The position numbers and the translations under genes were made by a program. A DNA stretch of 64,000 nucleotides from an uncultured cyanobacterium (lineage in GTDB: Bacteria > Cyanobacteriota > Cyanobacteriia > Cyanobacteriales > Cyanobacteriaceae): NCBI GenBank assembly GCA_963749915.1, contig CAVVOP010000032.1, positions 117,902 to 181,901 of the forward strand, given 5' to 3'. Below are positions 39,473-52,005 of the stretch, one piece after another. Each line of letters begins with the position of its first letter. The stretch's first letter is position 1. The notes below the pieces were generated by a model. That model did not search any database. It worked only from the letters and a program-made list of their open reading frames with translations, and was not told the origin of the DNA.

Positions 39473-41308
39473 ATGATAAATAATTTTGGACAAATTTGTA
39501 ATATTGCTCGTCAGAGTTTCGTCGGAAAAAATCTTCCGAATAATCTTTATGTGCATATTTCTGCACTTATTTGTATGGATAAAATTTTACAAAAATATGA
39601 GCAAGAAGCAAGAAGAATAATTGATAATATTAATGACTTTACGTTAGTTAAGTTTAACCTGGAAGAAGCAAAAATATCTTATCTTTATTATCCTGATTTT
39701 GACAACAATCCCCATCCTACACTCAACAAAAGTATTGTCGTTAATATAGTAGATAAAACTAGTAAAATAATTAGTTATAAAAACTCTAACAACCCACCTA
39801 TTTTACATCGAAAAGAAACTTTTGTTAACGTTGACTATGTTCATTATGATAAGTTTAAACACCTAACAAATGTAGAAGAAAAATTGAGCCTGTTAGATAA
39901 TGTTCGTTATATTGGTACACAAAAAGAATGGCAACAATTGTTAACTGATAATTTCTTAATTTTTATCGATCATAATTTGGCTTGTTATATTAATAGAAAT
40001 AATCATCATCAAGAATTTATTAAAATTGAGCGTCACAGAGCCGCAATTCATCGTAATAGACTTTCTCGCCCTGTTAAATTAGCCTTAGAAGCTGGTTTGT
40101 TTTCTGAAAAAACTACCTTTTTTGATTATGGTTGTGGTCATGGTTTGGATGTGAAAATAATGGCAGAAAATGGTTATAACAGTAGTGGTTGGGATCTTTA
40201 TTATCAACCTAATAATCCTTTAATCAATGCCGATATTGTTAATTTGGGTTATGTTATTAATGTCATTGAAAATGTCGCGGAAAGGCGAGAATCCTTAGTG
40301 AAATCATGGTCATTAACTCAACAAGTTTTAATTGTAGCGGCACAGGTATTAGTTGACGATCGCAAAAAGGGTTTTATGGCGTATGGTGATGGTATAGTAA
40401 CAGAAAGAAACACTTTTCAAAAATACTATGAACAAGAGGAGTTAAAAACTTATATTGAACAGGTATTAAATCAAGAAGCAATTCCAGCAGGACTAGGAAT
40501 TTATTTTGTTTTTAGAGATGAAGAAAAAGCGAATAATTTTCGTGCCTCTCGTTTTCATTCCCGAGTAAAAGCCCCTCGGATTTTATTGCCTGTCAAAAAA
40601 TTTGCTGATTATCAAGAATTGTTAAATCCTTTGATGAATTTTTATACGGAAAGAGGAAGATTACCCCAAAAAGGAGAATTATCTCAGGAGGCGGAAATAA
40701 AAACAGAATTTCGCTCTTTGAGACAAGCATTTAAGGTAATTTTACAGGTAACAAATGAAGCGGAATGGGAGCACATTGCGGATCAACGTCGTCAAGATAT
40801 ATTGTTATATTTAGCCTTGAGTCGTTTTGAGCAAAGACCAAGTATTCGTCAATTATCTCCCGTTTTAAAAGCGGATATAAAAAATTTATTTGGTAATTAT
40901 CAAGCCGCTTGTTTTTTAGCAGATGAAATGTTAATTACCCTCAGAAATTTAGATATAATTAAGCAAATTTGTCAAAATGTTAAGGTAGGAAAAATATTTG
41001 AAAAAAGTTTTTTAGTTCATCTTAATACTCTAGATTATTTGCCTACTTTGTTGCGCTTATATGAGGGGTGCGCTAGTCGTACCATTGGTAGAATGGAGGA
41101 GGCAAATTTAATTAGATTTTACTTTAATATTCCTCGGATTAGTTATTTATATGTTCCTAATTTTTCTAGAAAAAAATACCCTATTTTGCGTGCAATTATG
41201 ACTATCGATTTGCAAGATTTAAGAGTACAATATCGCAATTTTACTGAGGATAAAGATGCTCCTATTATTAAAGATAAACACTTATTAATTTTCCCTGATA
41301 ATAGTTGA
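39473..41308 (+). CDS. DNA phosphorothioation-associated putative methyltransferase (TIGR04096-like)
   Basis: KISYLYYPDFD..PHP, NPPILHRKE, RHRAAI, FDYGCGHG, VNLGYVINVIE, TFQKYY. Confidence 0.85.
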   Translation: MINNFGQICNIARQSFVGKNLPNNLYVHISALICMDKILQKYEQEARRIIDNINDFTLVKFNLEEAKISYLYYPDFDNNPHPTLNKSIVVNIVDKTSKIISYKNSNNPPILHRKETFVNVDYVHYDKFKHLTNVEEKLSLLDNVRYIGTQKEWQQLLTDNFLIFIDHNLACYINRNNHHQEFIKIERHRAAIHRNRLSRPVKLALEAGLFSEKTTFFDYGCGHGLDVKIMAENGYNSSGWDLYYQPNNPLINADIVNLGYVINVIENVAERRESLVKSWSLTQQVLIVAAQVLVDDRKKGFMAYGDGIVTERNTFQKYYEQEELKTYIEQVLNQEAIPAGLGIYFVFRDEEKANNFRASRFHSRVKAPRILLPVKKFADYQELLNPLMNFYTERGRLPQKGELSQEAEIKTEFRSLRQAFKVILQVTNEAEWEHIADQRRQDILLYLALSRFEQRPSIRQLSPVLKADIKNLFGNYQAACFLADEMLITLRNLDIIKQICQNVKVGKIFEKSFLVHLNTLDYLPTLLRLYEGCASRTIGRMEEANLIRFYFNIPRISYLYVPNFSRKKYPILRAIMTIDLQDLRVQYRNFTEDKDAPIIKDKHLLIFPDNS

Positions 41309-41362
41309 CAATGAATAATAAACAATTGACAATAAATAATTAATCAAGTTTATAGTATTATT

Positions 41363-42367
41363 ATGAAAGTTATTGTTGGTGATATTGGTGGTACAAAAAC
41401 TTTATTATGTTTATTAGAAGTAATTAATAATGAACATTATCAGATATTAAAACAATCAAGATATTCTAGTCTTATTTATGATAATTTTGAGTCTATGGTT
41501 AAAGACTTTTTACAGAAAGATTCCGCAGATCAAGGTTGTTTTGCGATCGCAGGTCCAGTAGTTAATAATAGTTGTCATTTAACGAACTTGAATTGGTATT
41601 TGGAAGGAGAAAATTTAGCTAATCAATTAAAAGTAAAAAAAGTAACTTTATTAAATGATTTTGCTGCCGTTAGCTATGGAATTTTAACGTTAAAAGAAGA
41701 AGAATTATATACTTTACAAATGGGCGAAGACCATAGTAACTCAACCATAGGAGTAATTGGTGCCGGTACGGGATTAGGAGAAAGCTTTTTAGTTAATCAT
41801 GATGGTAAATATCAAGTAATTTCCACAGAAGGAGGGCATACAGATTTTAGTGCTAAAAATGAATTAGAATGGCAACTATTAAATTATTTAAAGAGTAAGA
41901 ATAAATGGGATCGAGTTTCGGTTGAAAGGATAGTTTCTGGACAAGGAATAGTAGCGATATATCAATTTTTAAGACATATAAATTTTGCTCAAGAATCTGC
42001 TGAAATTAGCCAACAAATTAAACAATGGGAATCAGGAGATAATTCTATCGATCCCGGTGCTATAATTGGCTTATCGGCCATGAGAAAAGATAATATTTTA
42101 ACCAGTAAAACTATGTCTCTTTTTATCGAAACTTATGCCTCAGAAGTTGGTAACTTTGCGTTAAAAATTCTCCCTTATGGAGGTATTTATATTGCGGGAG
42201 GTATAGCAGGAAAAATAGTTAATTTGCTCAGAGAAAATAATTTTGTGGAGACTTTTTTAGCTAAGGGCAGGATGAGAACTTTATTAGAAAAGATGCCCTT
42301 ATATATTGTCAAAAACCCAGAAGTAGGGTTAAAGGGTTGCATTTATTATTTACTTAATTACCAATAG
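41363..42367 (+). CDS. glk: glucokinase
   Basis: GDIGGTKT, LLNDF, GAGTGLGE, TEGGH, GGIYIAGGI. Confidence 0.95.
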   Translation: MKVIVGDIGGTKTLLCLLEVINNEHYQILKQSRYSSLIYDNFESMVKDFLQKDSADQGCFAIAGPVVNNSCHLTNLNWYLEGENLANQLKVKKVTLLNDFAAVSYGILTLKEEELYTLQMGEDHSNSTIGVIGAGTGLGESFLVNHDGKYQVISTEGGHTDFSAKNELEWQLLNYLKSKNKWDRVSVERIVSGQGIVAIYQFLRHINFAQESAEISQQIKQWESGDNSIDPGAIIGLSAMRKDNILTSKTMSLFIETYASEVGNFALKILPYGGIYIAGGIAGKIVNLLRENNFVETFLAKGRMRTLLEKMPLYIVKNPEVGLKGCIYYLLNYQ

Positions 42368-42418
42368 GAAAAAATAGTTAATAATTGATATATCTTAAAA
42401 TATTAATCATGAATTATT

Positions 42419-43600
42419 ATGGAATATCGCCGATTTGGTAAAACAAAATTATCAATGCCCGTGTTTTCCTGCGGAGGAATGCGTTATCAATACAAATGGC
42501 AAGATTTACAAAGGAGTGAAATTCCGGAAGATAATCAACGGAATTTAGAGGCAACTATCAAAAAAAGCCTAGAAATTGGCATAAATCACCTTGAAACTGC
42601 GAGATTTTACGGCTCATCAGAGATACAATTAGGGCAAATTCTGCCAAAATTATCGAGAGAAAAACTCATTATTCAAACGAAAATTTTTCCTGAAGAAGAC
42701 AGTAAGGTATTTAGGGCTAATTTTGAAAAATCTCTCCGTTATTTGAACATTGACTATGTAGATTTACTGGGTTTTCACGGCATTAACACTCCCCAACTGC
42801 TTGATTACACGATGAGATCCGGTGGTTGTTTAGAAGAGGTGAGAAAATTACAGGTAGAGGGCAGGGTCAGATTTATCGGCTTTTCTACTCATGGGCCAAC
42901 GGATTTAATTATTAAAACCATTCAAACTAATCAATTCGATTACGTAAATTTACATTGGTATTGGATATATCAAAATAATTGGGAGGCAATATTAGAGGCA
43001 CATCGTCATGATATGGGGGTTTTCATCATTAGCCCTTCAAATAAAGGAGGAATGTTGTATCAATCACCGCCAAAGTTAATTAATCTCACTCAACCTCTTT
43101 CGCCAATAGTTTTTAATAATTTATTTTGTTTATCCCATCCCCAAGTCCATACTTTAAGTATTGGTGCAGAAAAACCATCAGATTTTGATGAACATTTAAC
43201 TACTTTATCGTTACTTTCTCAAGCTAAGGAATTATTACCGCCGATTATTGAAAGGTTAGAAAATCATGCCAAAGAAACCTTAGGGGAAGAATGGCTAAAA
43301 ACATGGCCTATTGGCTTGCCCAGTCATGAAGAAACACCAGGTAATATCAATATACCGATGATTTTATGGTTACGAAACTTAGTCTTAGCCTACGATTTAG
43401 TGGAATATGGCAAAATGCGCTATAACTTGTTAGGAAATGGAGGACATTGGTTTCCCGGAAAAAAAGCGGATAAATTAAAAGAATTTGACTTAACTAAATG
43501 TTTAATTAATAGTCCTTATAAAGATAAGATACCCCAATTTTTAGCAGATGCTGAGAAAATTTTAGGAGGGGAAGAAGTTAAGCGTTTATCTCAAAGCTAG
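42419..43600 (+). CDS. aldo/keto reductase
   Basis: MEYRRFGKT, GINHLETAR.YG.SE, GFSTHG. Confidence 0.9.
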   Translation: MEYRRFGKTKLSMPVFSCGGMRYQYKWQDLQRSEIPEDNQRNLEATIKKSLEIGINHLETARFYGSSEIQLGQILPKLSREKLIIQTKIFPEEDSKVFRANFEKSLRYLNIDYVDLLGFHGINTPQLLDYTMRSGGCLEEVRKLQVEGRVRFIGFSTHGPTDLIIKTIQTNQFDYVNLHWYWIYQNNWEAILEAHRHDMGVFIISPSNKGGMLYQSPPKLINLTQPLSPIVFNNLFCLSHPQVHTLSIGAEKPSDFDEHLTTLSLLSQAKELLPPIIERLENHAKETLGEEWLKTWPIGLPSHEETPGNINIPMILWLRNLVLAYDLVEYGKMRYNLLGNGGHWFPGKKADKLKEFDLTKCLINSPYKDKIPQFLADAEKILGGEEVKRLSQS

Positions 43601-43775
43601 TGGTCTGCCAATTTTGAAATGAGGGATAAAACAATCCTCCAAAATCCAAAATCCAAAAGCGGTCGGCCCCCGCGACGACGGAAGTCGCAAGGGAACGTCC
43701 ACCAAGAGAGGGAATGCCGACCAAGAGATCCAAAATTATCCGTTCCCAGTCCCTCAAAACTATCTTGACAGACCA
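43601..43775. mobile_element. MITE, copy B (175 bp), CTAG target duplication
   Basis: TIRs TGGTCTGCCAA / TTGACAGACCA; CTAG at 43597-43600 and 43776-43779; internal TCCAAAA heptamers and GC-rich hairpin. Confidence 0.8.
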
Positions 43776-43824
43776 CTAGTTTAGCCAATGAGAGGGAACC
43801 AATAGAAACCTCTACCCAAGAAAA

Positions 43825-43840
43825 GTTCGGAAACCCGTAC
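43825..43840 (+). promoter_or_regulatory. K-box upstream of groESL
   Basis: GTTCGGAAACCCGTAC matches the consensus GTTCGG-NNAN-CCNNAC. Confidence 0.85.
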
Positions 43841-43879
43841 AGTTTAGGTAGTTGCTATGGTAGTAAATTTTCGGTTAAA

Positions 43880-43906
43880 TTAGCACTCGGAAGGTGAGAG
43901 TGCTAA
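43880..43906. promoter_or_regulatory. CIRCE element (HrcA operator)
   Basis: Perfect TTAGCACTC-N9-GAGTGCTAA. Confidence 0.97.
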
Positions 43907-43966
43907 TTTAACCGAAAAATCACACTTCATAAACCATAGTTAACCTAAAAAAGGAGTTAGAAATCA

Positions 43967-44278
43967 ATGGCTGCAATTACCATTAATGTATCAACTGTCA
44001 AGCCTCTAGGCGATCGTGTATTCGTTAAAGTCAGTGAAGCAGAAGAAAAAACCGCTGGTGGTATCTACTTACCCGACAACGCTAAAGAAAAACCTCAAAT
44101 TGGTGAAGTTGTCACCGTTGGCGATGGCAAAGTTAACGATAAGGGGGAACGTACTCCTGTTGAGGTTAAAGTTGGTGACAAAGTACTTTACTCCAAATAT
44201 GCGGGTACAGATATTAAACTCGGTAGTGATGAGTATGTTTTACTCTCTGAAAAAGATATCCTTGCTGTAGTTTCCTAA
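43967..44278 (+). CDS. groES: co-chaperonin GroES
   Basis: [25 protein letters not shown]. Confidence 0.98.
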   Translation: MAAITINVSTVKPLGDRVFVKVSEAEEKTAGGIYLPDNAKEKPQIGEVVTVGDGKVNDKGERTPVEVKVGDKVLYSKYAGTDIKLGSDEYVLLSEKDILAVVS

Positions 44279-44296
44279 AATAAGGGAAATCAATAA

Positions 44297-45976
<1,680 letters not shown>

Positions 45977-46011
45977 AATCTCTCTTTCCATAGATTATAA
46001 AAATAATTTAA

Positions 46012-46041
46012 AGGGTGGGTCATTTTTGGCTCACCTTTTTT
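46012..46041 (+). terminator. Rho-independent terminator after groEL
   Basis: AGGGTGGGTC/GGCTCACCTT stem followed by a T-run. Confidence 0.75.
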
Positions 46042-46089
46042 ATCTACCTACTTATGGAGTCTGCGATATAATACTTTAATTAATCAAAA

Positions 46090-47085
46090 ATGTGCAAAAT
46101 TAGAGTTTTCATTCGACCTTCTCCATTATTAATTATGACCGAAGATTCTCAAACTATTGCCTTACCAAGTGTTGCCAGTGCCATAGCTTTAGCCGGCACT
46201 CACGAAGAAAATTTAAAATATATTGCTCGTCATACTGGTGCTAATTTAATGTTACGAGGTCAAGATTTGGTGATTTACGGTAAGGCGAAACCAGTGCAAA
46301 GAAGTCTTGATGTCATTTATTGCCTTAAACCCTATTGGACTGAAGCCCAGCCTTTAACCCAACCCGATATTATGACGGCTTTTCAGGCTTTAGATACGGG
46401 CAAAACCGAAGAATACCAAAATATTCAACAGGAAGTCTTAGCGAAAACTCGTAATGGTGATTTTATTCGCGCTAAAACTTTTCGCCAACAACAATATATT
46501 AAGGCTATTCAACAATATGATATTACTTTTGGCATCGGTCCAGCGGGTACGGGTAAAACTTTTTTAGCGGCAGTGTTGGCAGTCCAAGCCTTACTGAAAG
46601 ATAAATGCGATCGCCTAATTTTAACTCGTCCTGCGGTAGAAGCGGGAGAAAGATTAGGATTTTTACCCGGAGACTTGCAGCAGAAAGTAAACCCCTTTTT
46701 ACGTCCTCTTTATGATGCCTTATATGAGTTCATCGAGCCGATGAAAATTCCCGAATTGATGGAAAAAGGTAAAATTGAAGTCGCACCATTGGCCTATATG
46801 AGGGGAAGAACTTTGAGCAATGCCTTTGTAATTGTAGATGAAGCCCAAAATACGACCCCAGCACAATTGAAGATGGTGTTAACCCGTCTCGGTTTCGGTT
46901 CAAAAATGATCGTCACAGGGGACATAACTCAAACAGATTTACCCTCCCATCAACAATCGGGCTTAGTAGTGGCCACCAAAATTCTCAGAAATGTGGAGGG
47001 CATCGGCTTTTGTTATCTAACTCAAGCAGATGTGGTACGGCATCCCCTTGTACAGAAAATTGTCGCCGCCTATGAATTGGCCTGA
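46090..47085 (+). CDS. phoH: PhoH-like ATPase (true start probably ATG at 46135)
   Basis: GPAGTGKT, TRPAVEAGE.LGFLPG, AYMRGRT, DEAQN, VVRHPLV. Confidence 0.95.
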   Translation: MCKIRVFIRPSPLLIMTEDSQTIALPSVASAIALAGTHEENLKYIARHTGANLMLRGQDLVIYGKAKPVQRSLDVIYCLKPYWTEAQPLTQPDIMTAFQALDTGKTEEYQNIQQEVLAKTRNGDFIRAKTFRQQQYIKAIQQYDITFGIGPAGTGKTFLAAVLAVQALLKDKCDRLILTRPAVEAGERLGFLPGDLQQKVNPFLRPLYDALYEFIEPMKIPELMEKGKIEVAPLAYMRGRTLSNAFVIVDEAQNTTPAQLKMVLTRLGFGSKMIVTGDITQTDLPSHQQSGLVVATKILRNVEGIGFCYLTQADVVRHPLVQKIVAAYELA

Positions 47086-47397
47086 GAGCTTGTGAGTCAA
47101 TCCTCATGCATGATCGTGTTTCAGTCTCTGACTTTTAAATCAGCAAAACTTTTGGACAGTGCTTTTGGAGATTTTCTTTGATCTTCATGAATAATCCAGG
47201 CTAGATAATGCTTCAATTTGACTACTACGACTGATTTGCATTAAGACTTCAATGTGTGCATTACTTCCTCCTTTTCCCGCCCACTGAGATATTCCTATTT
47301 TATTTGGGCGAAGGTATTGGGTTAAATATTTAAATTCAAATCAAGAAGGGAAATGCTAGCATATTTAATATGAACATTTCAACATTACTTTTCAGTT

Positions 47398-48048
47398 ATG
47401 ACCGTCTCCCTCAAACCTGAAATTATTTATGCCGACAGTGATGGACAACCGATGGCAGACAACACGAAGCAATTTCGTTGGATTGTACTAATCAAAGAAA
47501 ATTTAGAGTGTTTATTTGCTCATAATTCTGAAGTGTTTGTTGCGGGAGATTTACTCTGGTATCCTGTAGAAGGAAAGCCCGATGTGCGAGTTGCCCCTGA
47601 TGTATTAGTGGTGTTTGGTAGGAAAAAAGGCGATCGCGGTTCTTATCGTCAATGGTTGGAAGATAACATTCCCCCTCAAGTAGTGTTTGAGATTCTTTCT
47701 CCAGGCAATAGTCTCAAAGAAATGCTCAAAAAACAACAATTTTACGACCGCTATGGGGTAGAAGAATATTATGTTTATGATCCTGACAACAATGAATTAA
47801 CAGGTTTACAAAGATCACAAGGGAATCTAACCGTGATTGAAGAGATCAACGGTTGGACAAGTCCTCGATTAGGAATTAGCTTTGTGGTCACTTCGGAAAC
47901 CCTGGAAGTTTATTACCCAGATGGTACTCCATTTTTAACTACCGTTGAATTAAAACAACGAGCAGATTCCGCCGAGTCAGAATTAAAAAAGTTAAAACAG
48001 TTTTTAAAACAACAGGGCATAGAAATTCCCGAATCAGAATATAATTGA
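47398..48048 (+). CDS. Uma2 family (DUF820) protein
   Basis: SDGQPMADNTKQ, APDV.V.FGR.KG.RGSY, FEILSPGN. Confidence 0.9.
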   Translation: MTVSLKPEIIYADSDGQPMADNTKQFRWIVLIKENLECLFAHNSEVFVAGDLLWYPVEGKPDVRVAPDVLVVFGRKKGDRGSYRQWLEDNIPPQVVFEILSPGNSLKEMLKKQQFYDRYGVEEYYVYDPDNNELTGLQRSQGNLTVIEEINGWTSPRLGISFVVTSETLEVYYPDGTPFLTTVELKQRADSAESELKKLKQFLKQQGIEIPESEYN

Positions 48049-48078
48049 TCATTGATCTGTCAATAATTGTTAATTAAT

Positions 48079-49923
48079 CTAAAGTCCAGCTTCAAAAGCG
48101 ATGCCTTCTTCGGTAAAGCTAGGGAAATTTTGATTAATATTTAATCTTTCTGCTGCACCTACAAATAAATATGTACCCGGAAGTTCAGTATTTTGAAAAC
48201 GATAAAAACTTTGACCTTGACCTGATTCTGCACCAAAAACATAAAAAGCTAGACCTTCTTCGATAAAATTGGGATTATTTTGCTTAATACTTTGTCTTTC
48301 TCCTTCCCCTACATAAAGATAAGTACCCGCAACGGAAGCGTTTTGAAAGCGATAAATAGGGATTAAATCATCCCCGGGTTGTACTGCGACACTAAAAGCA
48401 AAACCTTCCTCGACAAAATTAGGATTATTTTGTTGAATACTTTGTCTTTCTTCTTCCCCCGCAAATAAATAAGTACCAGGTAGGGAAGTATTTTGAAAGC
48501 GATAAATGGGAGTGTTTAATAAAGGGTTATTCTGGTAAAACTCATAACTACCAATATCGACAACTCCATTGATAACACGATCTAACCCTCTTTGATCTAC
48601 GGTTAAAGGACTTAAATTGAGCTCAGATCCATTAGCGATGTCGTTGCTGCCGGCATTAATGGCAGGACTACCTTCTAATAAAGCATGGGTGGGAGTTAAA
48701 CCACCGTTATTTTGTAGAGGGCCTAATATTGGGTCAATAGAACTTGTTATATCTCCAACAATGTTGTTATTGAAACCATCTAAAATTACTCCATTACCGT
48801 CGCCGATGACATTAAAAGAACTATTGGGGGTAAAATAACCTTCAATATCTGCAGTTCCCTCATTTCCTGCAACAATACTATTTTGTAATAGTACGGGATT
48901 ATTTACTCCTAGGGCGGTTATTCCTGAACCTATTTGAGCCGAGTTCTCCGTAATAGTGGAATTAATGACAACAGTAGTAGCGTTTTCTGCAAGGATTCCC
49001 CCACCCGCATCCCCGGTAATATTGCCAGATATAGTACTATTAATTAACTGTAATGTGCCACCTAATGTATTATAAATTCCTCCTCCTCCTGCTTCAATAA
49101 CTTCTACTGCGGCGGCGTTGGCGAAGTTTGCGGCAATGGTACTACTGCTAATATTTAATGTTCCCGTATTATATATACCTCCTGCATCATCTCCTGATAA
49201 GTTGCCTGAAATTATGCTGTTGGTTATCTCTGTATCCCCTAAGTTAGCAACACCTCCCCCGTTATTGTTATCTGTACCATTAATGGCTGTGGAGTTATTT
49301 CTAATAATACTATTATTAATAATTGCTGTGCCATTTTCATTAATTCTAATACCACCACCACTACTTCCATTTTCATCTAGGGTGTTATTGGCTATGCCGT
49401 CTTCAATGGTTATATTGTCGAGAATTAATAAACCTCCGTCCCTAACATCAAAGATGCGATCGCCTAGTGCACTGGCAGAAAGAATAGTTTGTCCCGCACC
49501 CGCACCAACAATTCTAACTCTGGTTTGAACATCTAAATCTCCTGTTCTGGCTACTATATCATCCACATCCCCAGGTAAATTAGGATTATCAGAGGGAAAC
49601 AAAGAATCTTCATTCCCCTGAATAGTGAGATTATAAACTCCCGCGGCTAATTGGATTACATACTCTTTATTGGGATCGGCTTTTGCCCTTAAAATAGCAT
49701 CTCTTAAAGATAAACCATTGCGATCGCCACCATCATTTTGATCATCAAAAGTCGTTACCGTTAAGAAAACTTTTTCAATACTACCACTGCCATTAATCTC
49801 TTGTAGGATAATAGAATTCTCGTCAATAAATCCATCACTCACGAATGATCCCGATGATGTGCCAAAAGTACTAACAATTCTGTCAAATTCTGCCTGTATT
49901 GCTTCGATATCAATAGGGTTCAT
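48079..49923 (-). CDS. extracellular beta-helix / choice-of-anchor-Q-like protein with three C-terminal repeats
   Basis: GGGI.N repeats, LGPLQNNGG.T.THALL.GSPAINAG...DQRG...DIGSYE; three PIYRFQN..LPGTYL...EEG.AF units. Confidence 0.8.
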   Translation of the reverse strand: MNPIDIEAIQAEFDRIVSTFGTSSGSFVSDGFIDENSIILQEINGSGSIEKVFLTVTTFDDQNDGGDRNGLSLRDAILRAKADPNKEYVIQLAAGVYNLTIQGNEDSLFPSDNPNLPGDVDDIVARTGDLDVQTRVRIVGAGAGQTILSASALGDRIFDVRDGGLLILDNITIEDGIANNTLDENGSSGGGIRINENGTAIINNSIIRNNSTAINGTDNNNGGGVANLGDTEITNSIISGNLSGDDAGGIYNTGTLNISSSTIAANFANAAAVEVIEAGGGGIYNTLGGTLQLINSTISGNITGDAGGGILAENATTVVINSTITENSAQIGSGITALGVNNPVLLQNSIVAGNEGTADIEGYFTPNSSFNVIGDGNGVILDGFNNNIVGDITSSIDPILGPLQNNGGLTPTHALLEGSPAINAGSNDIANGSELNLSPLTVDQRGLDRVINGVVDIGSYEFYQNNPLLNTPIYRFQNTSLPGTYLFAGEEERQSIQQNNPNFVEEGFAFSVAVQPGDDLIPIYRFQNASVAGTYLYVGEGERQSIKQNNPNFIEEGLAFYVFGAESGQGQSFYRFQNTELPGTYLFVGAAERLNINQNFPSFTEEGIAFEAGL

Positions 49924-50028
49924 ATTTTTGGTAAGTTATTATGGTGAAATTTAAAGTCAATAAAAGATAATAATTTTAGGTTATTCTAACAAAAAACATT
50001 TTCCGAGATTATCCGTAAATATAACTAT

Positions 50029-51021
50029 TTATAATTTGATAATTTGCTGATTTTTATAAGATTTGAGTGTTGCTTCCGCTACTTTCAAACTGTAAGCACT
50101 AGCTGTATTCTCAATATAGAGTGGTTTTTCCGCGGTTAAATGTTGCAAAACTATTTCGGTATCTTGGGCGAATAATCCCCGACGACTAGCCACTGGTATT
50201 TTTACTTCTTCTTTTCCTCTGATAATTTTGCCTTTTTCTGCGGCAAATAAAATTGTACCCTCATCGCCATAAATTTCTAAGGTGCGATCACTAGTTTTAA
50301 ATTTTTCTCCTTTGCCATAGGTTAGACTCACCATCATCTCATTTTTAAATAATAATTGTGCCTGACACCAACAAGAAGAAAAATAACCACTTTCAGGTGC
50401 ATCCCAAAAACGAGCGTTACAATTAACAGAATCTAACTCTCCGAATAAATCCGTAAAGCGATTGATGCGCGAAACTGCCGCTATCAAGGGAAAACCGTAC
50501 AAATCATAGCTATAAGTCCAATGGGGTGGAACTTTTGCTTTAGATAAAATAGTGCTGTAACGAGCTAAAAAAGGTGTCCCGATTTCCGGTAAATGTTTTT
50601 TCAGGGCCTGATGTACCCCTCCTAAAATTTCGATGTGTTCTACATGCAGTAACTTTTGTTTTTGTCGTGCTAAATTAATTAAATCTCCGGCTTCTGGGGG
50701 ATTAAGAGTTAAAGGATACTCCACGATAACGTGTTTATTGGCGGATAATGCACCCCTGACAATCAAACCATGATCTCTATTAACATTACAGATACAGATT
50801 AAATCAAGGGTTGAATCATTAACTAACTCTTGCCAACTGCCCACAGAATTAATGCTGTAGGTCTTACAAAAACCCTGAGTATTTTCGACACTATTACCCA
50901 CCACTGCTATTAACTCACTCAAAGGAGAATCTTGAAAAGCCTCAGCCCTTCTTTGGGCGGCGTATCCTGTACCAACTAACCCTACTCTGATAATTCTTCC
51001 TTCCAAAGGGCTGTTTATCAT
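50029..51021 (-). CDS. bvdR: biliverdin reductase (Gfo/Idh/MocA family)
   Basis: VGLVGTGYAA, KHVIVEYP, LLHVEHIE.LGG.H, YGKG, RRGLFA.D. Confidence 0.85.
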   Translation of the reverse strand: MINSPLEGRIIRVGLVGTGYAAQRRAEAFQDSPLSELIAVVGNSVENTQGFCKTYSINSVGSWQELVNDSTLDLICICNVNRDHGLIVRGALSANKHVIVEYPLTLNPPEAGDLINLARQKQKLLHVEHIEILGGVHQALKKHLPEIGTPFLARYSTILSKAKVPPHWTYSYDLYGFPLIAAVSRINRFTDLFGELDSVNCNARFWDAPESGYFSSCWCQAQLLFKNEMMVSLTYGKGEKFKTSDRTLEIYGDEGTILFAAEKGKIIRGKEEVKIPVASRRGLFAQDTEIVLQHLTAEKPLYIENTASAYSLKVAEATLKSYKNQQIIKL

Positions 51022-51345
51022 TAATTGTCTTCCTTTTTAACTAATTTAATCTTAATCATATAATACCTCAATCATAAGTAAATTTAATCAGTATAATCAA
51101 GGGTTTTTTGCTCAGAAATACCCAGTAGTAAGAGCAAAATCCCTTGGAAATCAATAGATATAAAAAATACAAATATTTACTATGAACTGATTTGGAACCT
51201 TCTTATAATATAAGATTAAATTATCATAATAAGGGAAAACAATTTCATTTCTAATGTGTAGAGAATAATTGCCACTTATACTTTAATATTCATATTAGAT
51301 TTGCTTAAATAGTAAGCAATAGTTTTTTTGTACATTACTAATTAA

Positions 51346-51651
<306 letters not shown>

Positions 51652-51687
51652 TTAACCTTTTTTTTATATCCGGTGTTCAAATGTTTT

Positions 51688-51722
51688 TGGTGTGAGGTTG
51701 TTAGAATGACAGTCTTGCACCA
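51688..51722 (+). terminator. 3' stem-loop of petF
   Basis: TGGTGTGAGGTTGT / ACAGTCTTGCACCA pairs with several G-U pairs valid only on the plus strand. Confidence 0.5.
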
Positions 51723-52005
51723 TTAATCATGAGTAATTAAACTCAATAAGAATTTATTCAGAAAAAAAGAGAGTCCAAACTATTATCAAAGCGTTTTTTG
51801 CCCATAAAAAGCTTATTTATTTTGTTTTTAAGGGATTATTTCTTAATTTAACTTTCTGGATTCCGGGTTCCGTCTCCTGTCTTCTGGCCATAACCCATTT
51901 ATTAAGTTCGCCAACAGAATCATGTCTACGGTTCATTGCAACTAACTGTGCATTTCTCATAATTTGTGTTAGCATCGGCAATAAATCGTTGAAAATAAAA
52001 CGTTT

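Noticed and set aside
43597..43788. 63-aa minus-strand ORF
   Set aside because: Coincides with MITE copy B
47086..47340. Possible IS end (CATGAATAATCCAGGC) and a ~50-codon minus-strand frame after phoH
   Set aside because: No matching second end, start codon or recognisable homology
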